The notes beneath the pieces were generated by a model. That model was not told the origin of the DNA. It was given only the letters and a program-made list of their open reading frames with translations, and did no database searches. This document shows, piece by piece, positions 54,828 to 64,000 of a stretch of 64,000 nucleotides of DNA. The stretch comes from Antedon mediterranea (lineage: Eukaryota > Animalia > Echinodermata). Made by a program: the position numbers and the translations under genes. Position 1 is the first letter of the stretch. Each line of letters opens with the position of its first letter. Where the stretch lies: NCBI RefSeq assembly GCF_964355755.1, contig NC_092670.1, forward strand, positions 8,484,201 through 8,548,200. The letters run 5' to 3'.

Positions 54828-57190
54828 ATGGCGGATAAGTATGTTCTGAACTGTCTGCTAAAAATCGTTGTTAATCTATGAAATCCATTAGTTAATTAAA
54901 TATTTCGATTACATACATTGAATTGTTTAAACTAATACCTATATTTAATGTGTTTTTGTGCGTTTATAACAATAAGATAACAATTTGTAAAGTAGTTTCA
55001 GTTAGCGATATACACTGGGTACGGTATAGGCCTAGGCAAAAGGCAACGAACAATCATCGCGTGTACTTTGATAATATGCCCGAGTGTTGAATATAATGCC
55101 AGTAGGCTTGTCCTACATTCTTGGATCACTACATTTATTATTTAATTCTACTCCACTATAAATTCATATTCGTGTGTTCGGCGTTCCTGTCTGAGACTAA
55201 GAAAGAGGTCAGGTAGCTGTTGAAATTCACTACCGCCGCACCAGTCATACGTAGGCCTAGTCGTAGGCTAACGTAGATAGATAGGAAGTGTAGGCCTAGG
55301 CCCAGAATGGACTAGACCTACAATCAATAGTGTAGAAGTAGAAAACAGCAATCAATAGTAGGATTCAATGCTTGCATCATTTTTTTTATATTCTAGGAAG
55401 CTCCAGCAAGTACCTGAGACCCTCCTCAAAAAGAGGAAGAAGAACTTAACTGAAAAGGCCAGAAAGGTTCAGGCACGTCTCCTAAACAAGAAATCATCAG
55501 AAAAGAAGAGAAAAGTAATCTTCAAGCGCGCCGAGCAGTATATCCGTGAATACCGCCGCAAAGAACGTGATGAGATTCGAATGAAACGTCAAGCCAGAGC
55601 GGCTGGAAACTTTTACGTTCCAGGAGAAGCCAAGTTGGCATTTGTTGTCAGAATTCGAGGGTAAAAAATAGCATTTTTTAAACAACAATAATAGATGGAT
55701 AAAACATACAATGTATAATATTAATAATAATAAGATTTATACAGCGCACAAATCCACAAAAGTGCTCAAGGCGCTTGTGAAAACCATGAAACCAAATAAC
55801 CTTAAACCTAAAAACAACTGATAATTTTGACAAAAGAAACCAAAATAAAAACAAGACCAATCGAACCCACATCACTGCTTCCGTTTACAAGCAATTTAAG
55901 GTGCATGTATGGGAGACATGATGGAGGAAAAATTGTGAAATATTGAATGGGAAAATTTATATGCACAAAGTATATACACAGAAAATTTATCCCTGGTTTT
56001 GAACATACTATAAGTCTCTGCTTTATTTTTCGAAAGCTAGTTTTTTATAAAAATTTTTAATTAAACACAATTAAATTAATTAAATGAATAATTGTTTCTA
56101 TTGGTTTCCTTACTACACAGTATTAATGGTGTGAGTCCTCGAGTAAAGAAGATCTTGCAGTTACTTCGTTTACGACAGATCCACAATGGTATATTCATCC
56201 GCCTCAACCATGCAACTCTTCAAATGCTCCGACTTGTTGAACCATACATCGCTTGGGGGTAAGTTGAAAAATGTGCCCTAGTATAATTTCCTAAACTGGA
56301 AGTTATTTTATGTTAAAGGTGGGTGGGCTTGCACCCAGTGTGGATGATTCCATTATGCACTTGTCAATTGTATGACCCATTATACAACCCCCGTACAAAT
56401 AATTATTGATTCGGGGGTGCGTCAAAAATCCTAAATGGTACATCACATCAATGAACAATGGTATTTCGATGTCCGTCAATTTATCACCCACCATTTAAAC
56501 AACATGGTAATTGTTCAAAATGGGCATCATGGTCACTTAAAGGTAAGTCACTTCTTTTATGCAGGAGTGCGGCATGGTATTCTAAAGGTATGACGCACAT
56601 CGGACAAATGACGTACCTCTAATGGGGTCATATAGTGGGTCATACAATTGACAAGTACATTGGTCCTAACTTGTAAGTGATCCATATAAAAGTTATTATT
56701 GCAAAATTGCGTGGTTGGTAGATTATCCTTGTTTAAATTCTAACTTCTGTTTTTCAGATACCCAAATTTGAAGACTGTGCGTGAATTGATCTACAAACGT
56801 GGATATGGAAAGGTTGACAGAAGACGTGTAGCTATTACCGACAACTCTGTTATTGAAGGCACACTAGGTATGTAACCATTTGACAAAAAAACAATCTAGA
56901 TACTATGCGGTACTGGGAAATTGGGTGGACATTGGAAAGTCTAAATCACATTATCTATAATCTTGTCATTTTATTTTGTAGGCAACCTTGGAATTATCTG
57001 TGTTGAAGATCTTATTCACGAGATATTCACAGTTGGACCCAATTTCAAGAAAGCTAATAATTTCATATGGCCATTCAAGCTGAGCTCACCGCGAGGTGGA
57101 TACAAAAAGAAGGGCAATCACTTTGTTGAAGGTGGAGATTATGGAAACAGGGAAGACAAAATAAACAACTTTGTCGCTCAGATGAATTAA
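54828..57190 (+). CDS. RPL7: 60S ribosomal protein L7 (uL30)
   Basis: Exons 54828-54838, 55397-55660, 56121-56258, 56758-56867 and 56982-57190. Motifs are [57 protein letters not shown] and [13 protein letters not shown]. Confidence 0.97.
56355..56660. mobile_element. MITE in RPL7 intron 3
   Basis: 30-bp TIR ATGCACTTGTCAATTGTATGACCCATTATA / TATAGTGGGTCATACAATTGACAAGTACAT (28/30 match). Confidence 0.75.
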
Positions 57191-57480
57191 AAACACAAAC
57201 AAAAGATAACTGGAGCTTATATTGTCTAAAAAAAAAGTAACATCTTAAATGGTAAAAATGTATTGGTTTGGTAACAAATAAAACTGTATGCTACCTGACA
57301 TAATAAAATATAAAAAAACTGAATAGAAATCTTGTTTTAATTTACAGTACAGTTGTCTTCAATCATTTTAAACCATGACAACATTTATTTGTTATTTCTT
57401 ATTACAGACTGGGGGAAAGCTAAGCTTTGAATTGCGTTGCCATAAAGTTGTTATTCACCTTTGACCATTTATTCACTCTT

Positions 57481-57762
57481 AAACAGATTTTCTACTAGGC
57501 GAATCTGTTTGCATGAATCCGTTTGCAGACAACAACAAAATCGCTACCCTTTCCACTACAACAAAAGTGAATAGCAGTGATTTTCATGCTCATCTCATGT
57601 CTGCTGAGCTTTTCGATTCACATGATTTGTTGTGCAGTTTTTCACTTAGCAAAAAGTAGAAACAAGTCTAGATACCAATTTCGCTATAACGCAAAGAACT
57701 AGGATTCGTTGCAGAGAGAGGTTTGGAAGATGGAAACAAATTCGCCCAGTGGAAAGTTGCTT
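57481..57762. mobile_element. Degenerate Harbinger-like MITE
   Basis: Imperfect TIRs TTTCTACTAGGCGAATCTGTTT / AAACAAATTCGCCCAGTGGAAA in a TTA/TAA context. Confidence 0.5.
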
Positions 57763-59186
57763 AACATGCAAAAATGTTGTACATATTGTAGCAAAATAAT
57801 TAATTACTATATTAACACTACTGACTGTACGTTTTATTTGCTTGATGAATTATTGTATTCATGACTTAAGATTATTCAATAATATTCATAATTGTGTACA
57901 TTCTATAAAATGCCATGTGCAGCTGGCTAATCATACTGTATACAAAAGAAGATTACGCCCTCTATAATTAAAAATTTGTCAATAAAATCCCGGCCCACAC
58001 AACACCACGTCGCGTAAAACTGCTGCCTCCTCTCGATCCTGCTGCCTGCATGCTGCATGCGCTGTGTCCCCGTGTGTAGCTAGTAGTAGGCCTATACAAA
58101 ACTAGCGGGCTGCGGCTGCCGTGCTAGCAATCAACAAGCAGTAGGTGACTTTCTCTTCTTAATTAATATAGTATTAGCTACGTTATGGAATAAGGTAGGC
58201 CTGCTAGAGGGGCCTAACTCTATATTGGCCTAGGATAGGCCTTCAGGCTAGCTTAGCTAGTTAGGCTGGAATTCGTTAGGCCTAGGCTAGCCTATACACT
58301 CTACACATTAGCTAGCCTATCTCTAGGCCTACTAGCTAGCTAGGCTAGACCAGGCCTACTAGGACTAGCCTAGGCCTAGCTAGCTAGGATAGGCCGAAAT
58401 ACTCGCACGCGTAGTAGCTAACCTATGCCATGCATAGATCTCATCTTTAGTTTCGTCTAACTAGGGCCTAGCTAGCTAGGCAGGCCTACAAAATAACGCA
58501 AGCGACTGCCCCTCTTTTTTTTTAAAACAGTAGGACTGACCGAAAAGTTGAATACAAAAAAAAACCTACAACTTCAACTTGTTTCCCATGTCAGTCTCTG
58601 CTCAGACAGAGACTCTGCTTCTGCTGTGCATTCAATATTTATGGTTTAATGCAAACGCATGTTACCTGTATTTGTATGTAAAAGTCATGGTAAATTTTGG
58701 AGGTAACCTAATGGATGAATTTTTCAAACTGCATATTTTAAATTTAGTGACCTTCAATAGAACAATTAGGCCTACTATAACAAAGGTTTGTCCCTGAAAT
58801 GTCCAGTATCTTTAATTGAAGGAAATTAACCTAATTACCTGTATTACTATTAATTATACAGTACTGTACACTCTCATTTTAATTGGCAGCAATCCTTATT
58901 ATTTTACATGTTTAGGCCTAGGTTTGTTTGCTGTGTTGAAAAAGATTTAATGCTCAAAATGTACACCATGTGATTCCAAAAGAAAATAAAATTTGTCGGT
59001 TACTTTAATACAACTTGTGTAAGCCACTTCAGTTTTACACTATGTGAACATGCCCTAAATATATTTCAAATTTAAATTTAATTCTTTTTTTTATTTTTCA
59101 GGTAAATCAATAAAATCACAAATTTATATGGATAATACAAAAATAATGTGAAATTTATAACTTTTCAACCCTCATCGAAATGAGTT

Positions 59187-60516
59187 ATGACGAACAAAAA
59201 CATGTCTTTACATCAAGACTCTGGAGGACTTTTAAACAATGCCAAAACTGCAGAGATGCAAGTGCAACCAACTTCAGAGACAATATCTCCAGAACCAGTA
59301 CACGAATCTCTAGAGTTCTTCTATGGAGGAGGTGCTGCTTTTATAAACATCATGGTTACTTTTCCGCTAAACAAAGTTCTTTTTCGGCAGCAACTACACG
59401 GCATCGGTGTCGAGAGAGCCTTTGCGCAGTTGCAACGAGAAGGCCCGGCAATGATTTTTCGCGGTGTGTTACCACCGTTATTACAAAAGACAACATCAAC
59501 AGCACTGATGTTTGGACTATATGATCAATATTCTAAAATGATTAGACACCAATTTCCATCTATTCCTGTTTCTTCAGCTAAAATGTTGGCAGCAGTTTTT
59601 TCAGGTGAGATACTGCATTTTTTTCTTTTGGTAATTTAAACACAATAACTCTGTTTCATACGTACAGTATTTATACTGTGTTAATACAAAAATACTCTCA
59701 AGCATACAGTATCATGCTTGCATGTTTCTTTAAATTAGTTACTGTAGAACGGGATAGTAAAAATGCTTTGTTGTGCAAAGTTGAAATAAATGTCATACCA
59801 CATACATATCGATTTAGAGGTTTTGTTTGCACCTATAAAAAACACAAAAATACAAGCCACATTGACAAAAACCACCAACATTCTTTTTCCTGATCAATAC
59901 ATTATAAGAATGTAATTGAATGTAAATTTAAATAATTATTTTTAATAAACTATAAAAATAGTAGTTCTTTATTATTTAGATTATTTGTTTTTATTTAGGA
60001 ACATCCGAAGCTATTCTTGTTCCATTTGAACGCGTTCAAACTGTTCTCCAAGACAACCGTCAAAAACATTATCGTAACACAATACACGTCTTCAAAGAAT
60101 TGTACTCCAAATACGGTATTAAAGAACTATATCGAGGACTAACCCCGATCCTTTTGCGAAATGGCCCAAGCAACGCTGTTTTCTTCGGTTTTCGTCATGA
60201 GCTGAAAGACTTGTTACCGGAAGCTCAAACACAGACTGGAAATATTTTAAATGACTTTGTGAGTGGTGCGGTTCTTGGTGCTAGTATTAGCACCGTTTGG
60301 TATCCTATAAATGTTGTAAAAACTCGCATGATGGTGAAGGTTGGTGGAGAGTACCTCTCATTTCGGCAAACGTTCTGGAATATTTATTACGAGCGAGGCA
60401 AACGTTTGTATAGTTTATTCTATGGTGTTCATCTTAACTTCAGTCGCGCATTGATTTCTTGGGGCATTATCAACGCATCTTATGAACTTCTCAAGCAAAC
60501 ATTTACACCTAGATAG
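59187..60516 (+). CDS. SLC25A51: Mitochondrial NAD+ carrier SLC25A51/MCART1-like
   Basis: Exons 59187-59604 and 59999-60516. Signatures are AAFINIMVTFPLNKVLFRQQLHG, RGVLPPLLQKT, EAILVPFERVQT, YRGLTPILLRNGPSN, PINVVKTRM and SWGIINASYE. A likely non-coding first exon is near 58000-58140, with an acceptor at 59101. Confidence 0.92.
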
Positions 60517-60606
60517 GGATACTCCTTTATTTACACCTAGATAGGGATACTCCTTTATTTTCACCTAGATAGGGATATACTCCTTTATTTTCACCTAGAT
60601 AGGGAT
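60502..60606 (+). repeat. 28-30 bp tandem repeat spanning the SLC25A51 stop codon
   Basis: TTTACACCTAGATAGGGATACTCCTTTA x ~3.7. Confidence 0.9.
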
Positions 60607-62939
60607 GCTTATTTGGGTTTCCCTTAAAATAGAGATAATACTCTGAATTTATTTTCATTTATAGAGGAAGATGCTTATTCAAAGATGCTGCCTCATTGAA
60701 TGCAATCAGTAAAATCTTTCAACCAATTAATTTATTCGTTTTTACTTTTTTAATTTTGACCTCAAAATGATTTTGTTTTGGTACCAGTAGCTTTGAAATC
60801 ACTGTATGATTTCTCTACCATATTAATAAAAATTCATTATTTAATATTAAGAAAAATAATGAAAGTTTATTTTATTATTTTAATGGGAGAATTTGATGAA
60901 ATACAGTTTAAAGAGTCAATCTTTCATTGAATTTACTGTGCAAAGCATTGTTTGTTTTTTAACAGGTCTGTATTTTTTAACATACAACATACTGCATTCA
61001 ATTTTATTATTGTTATTAAAAGGCCCAACTTTCTGAGCAGTTCAAATATAGTAAAGTAGTTACCGACCGTGTCATCAATATATAACAAGGAGAAAATATC
61101 CCATCTCCAGTAACTATTTTTAGGCATTCAGTAATATTAGCAGGATGGTCATGCCTTATTTTAAACCAATAATTTGACCACTTAATTAGCCACTTGATAG
61201 GCGAGTGTTATTTTACTGTTGATGTATTTTTACTTTTTATTTCTAAACCCACTTTATACATGTAAATCTTTCAAAATTGTTAAATCAGCAATTATCATCG
61301 CTCATCAATATCAATTTAGGCAAGGTAATACTAATAGCTGAGCCCTGTTTTTTCAGGACAAACCTAATGCTTAAAATTGGTGAGAAACACTAAATTTACA
61401 GTAGAACTCAAATCAGGATATGTATAATTAATATCTGGAAAACACAATGTACCATCAATGTCCTCAAAATAAAAAAAATAAAACAATTTAATAGAAAGTA
61501 CTGTACAGTATAAATTCCTTGATTTATTTGAAAGCGTCATTGAAACAATATTATTATGAATTTGGATCTCTACTGCGCCAGTGATGGATCCATGTTTCTA
61601 AAATATTGGATGCCAGGGGCATAACAATTATAAATCGACTATTAGACCGGGCGCCCGGAAGATTTATTCATGTGAAAAGATACAAAAGGTTTGATGATGT
61701 AGTTAGGTGCGTATTAGGGCGAGATGCAATATTCGACATTGCTGCCGGGTCACAGCCTGTACATAGGGCCTGTGGGGATCATAACATAGGGGGGTAAAAA
61801 TGCATTTATTTATGTGAAGCGATACAAGGATAAACTTTTTTGGATATCATTCGCAGTGGGCTACTAATGATTACATCACCAATGACAGCAACTTTATCCT
61901 GTACGGGGCGCCAAACAGCAACATTTTAGGGCCACGCCCAAATGGGTTTATTCATGTGAAGCGATACAAGGTTGAATCTTTTTTTAATGGCAGCAGTATA
62001 TATTGGGGATGGCAAAAACACCAATGACAGCAACTTTATCCTGTACATAAGCTCAGACAGCAGCCCCAAAGGTCCGCAGTTTCCCCCTATTCGGCTATAT
62101 ACTCGGCGCGTATGTCGTCTATTGGCGTTCATCTGAGTTAGAAATACGTGATACGGACTCGGACTGACAATAAATACACAGTAGAATGCTAAAACAATAA
62201 ATAAAGAGAGCAGTTGTTTCCTGTACCAAATCATCAAACATCAAACTCTTAGGAACTCGCCCAAAATGGGTTTATCCATGAAGTGTGTAATCATTTTTGA
62301 AAAAAATGTTGTTTTTTTTTACTTTTTCGGTACACAGCAGCTCAAATACCCGAGGCTCCATTCGTGATCAACAATGTTGATAATACAAACACATTCACGA
62401 TAACGAGTGACTTTTATTTTATAATTGAAATATATCTTTATTTTGGAATAATAAATAACACCAACAAAAACACTTAAAATAACCAACAGCAGATTTGTAT
62501 TTTAGGGTATCATTTTGAACAATCAATATTATATCAAAATCATTATTTCACAACACAAAATAATATAATTTAAGAATATTTTTCAGATAAACTAATTAAT
62601 AATTACACTCATAATGATCGACACCGGTACCGATTATTGTGCTTTATTATTATAACTCGATTTAAATATTGTTTTAATTACACACTAGACACTAGTGATA
62701 TGTCTATATGAAAAAAGGCAATGAAATCTAAATTTGCAACATTTTTTACATAACATAACATAATAGTAAAGTAAATAATAGTTCGAATTCAACATAATCA
62801 CTTAGAAAATTGGTAAGGTATAGATTAGACTATCGATTGCACACTATTACTGTATTTTTAATTCAATTTAAATTTAAAAAAAAGTAACAGTTTTCATGTG
62901 AATTAGACTGATAAAAACCAACAAATAACTTAATCTGCC

Positions 62940-63445
62940 AACATTTTAAACATCGTTACTTGTCCATAATGGATCGACTACTGTATCGATTACTGCACAT
63001 TGTTTTACTTTAACTGAAACAAAGTCAAATTTTTAATTGTTACTGTACTAATATTAGACAGTGATATCTGATAAAAGGCAACATTAATTAATATTAATAA
63101 TACTGAACCAAATTAAATATCGTTACTTATCCACAATGGATCGACTACTGTATTGGTTATTGCACATTATTTACTAACTAAAATAAGAAAGTGATATCTG
63201 ATAAAACGCAACAAACTGAATCGAATTAAATATCGTTACTTATCCATAATGGATCGACTACTGTATTGATTACTGCACATTATTTTACTATAACTGCCCA
63301 AGTCAAATTTAAAATTGTTACTGTACTAACATTAGACAGTGATATCTGATAAAATGCAACATACTCAGGACCAAATTAAATATCGTTACTTATCCATAAT
63401 GGATCGACTACTGTATCGATTATTGCACATTATTTAACTATAACT
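62940..63445 (+). repeat. Degenerate tandem repeat (~115-165 bp units)
   Basis: The core AAATATCGTTACTTATCCATAATGGATCGACTACTGTATCGATTACTGCACATT recurs at ~62948, 63115, 63228 and 63378. Confidence 0.85.
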
Positions 63446-63454
63446 TTTTAACTA

Positions 63455-64000
63455 CTAATCTTTTCAATACACAATTTGTAAACAACTTTTGCATAGATAA
63501 TGATCAGCATTGTGATTTGGATACAATAGATTGTCTTACCAACTTTGAATGTGAACCCTTTGTGATGCCTGAGGTATTTTATGCCCTCTCACAGTTAAAT
63601 GTATCCAAATCACCAGGACCTGATTGTTTGCTTCCAGTATTCTTAAAGTCATGTAAGGCACAATTGGCTAATGTTTCACCGGTGAATGTTTTATGTACAT
63701 TCTTTAATTTAACTGTACAAAAAGGTATTTTACCAAAACAATGGAAGGATGCAAATGTTGTACCTATTTTCAAAAGAAATGGAAAACCCAAAGACGAAAT
63801 GAAAAGCTATCGTCCAGTGTCTTTAACTCCCATAATTTGTAAGATTATTGAGATATTTCTTTGCTATCGTTTAAGGGAATATCTAGAATATAATAATATC
63901 CTTTCAGAAAATCAGTTTGGGTTTAGACAAATGTATAGTACTGAACTTTTACTTTCAAAGGTTTTTCATTCATGGGCACAGAGCTTAGAACTTAAAGGCT
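63455..64000 (+). mobile_element. CR1/Jockey-group LINE reverse transcriptase, 5'-truncated, runs off the window
   Basis: Open frame LNVSKSPGPD...WKDANVVPIFK...SYRPVSLTPIICK...ENQFGFRQMYST. Confidence 0.9.

Noticed and set aside
61570-62410. Short ORFs and internal repeats (TTCATGTGAAGCGATACAAGG x3)
   Set aside because: It is probably a TE relic, but its ends and class cannot be defined and the ORFs lack motifs.

Overview
AT-rich animal genomic DNA with spliceosomal introns. It is probably a marine invertebrate deuterostome such as an echinoderm, which is an inference from gene and transposon content. The window has two halves. (1) About 1-34.85 kb is a dynamic C2H2 zinc-finger (ZNF) and transposon zone. 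It holds a 1365-aa ZNF gene with 17 in-frame copies of a shortened 25-aa degenerate finger followed by ~32 homogenised 28-aa fingers. It also holds a second ZNF gene (31-32.3 kb) and its segmental-duplicate pseudogene at 1-3.4 kb, which an RTE LINE interrupts. Other elements are an orphan THAP exon, an Academ (XPG-type) transposon derivative with ~720-bp inverted arms, Helitrons, a pogo-like relic, tiny P-element-like excision footprints and two minisatellites. (2) About 34.9-60.6 kb is a housekeeping block: ADRM1/Rpn13 (+, 10 coding exons), an SDR16C retinol-dehydrogenase-like gene (-, 4 exons), RPL7 (+, 5 exons) and SLC25A51-like (+). Its introns carry LINE fragments, MITEs and two tRNA-Val pseudogenes. 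The window ends in a CR1-type RT fragment. There is no CRISPR array. Gene and family names come from recognised motifs only; no database search was run.
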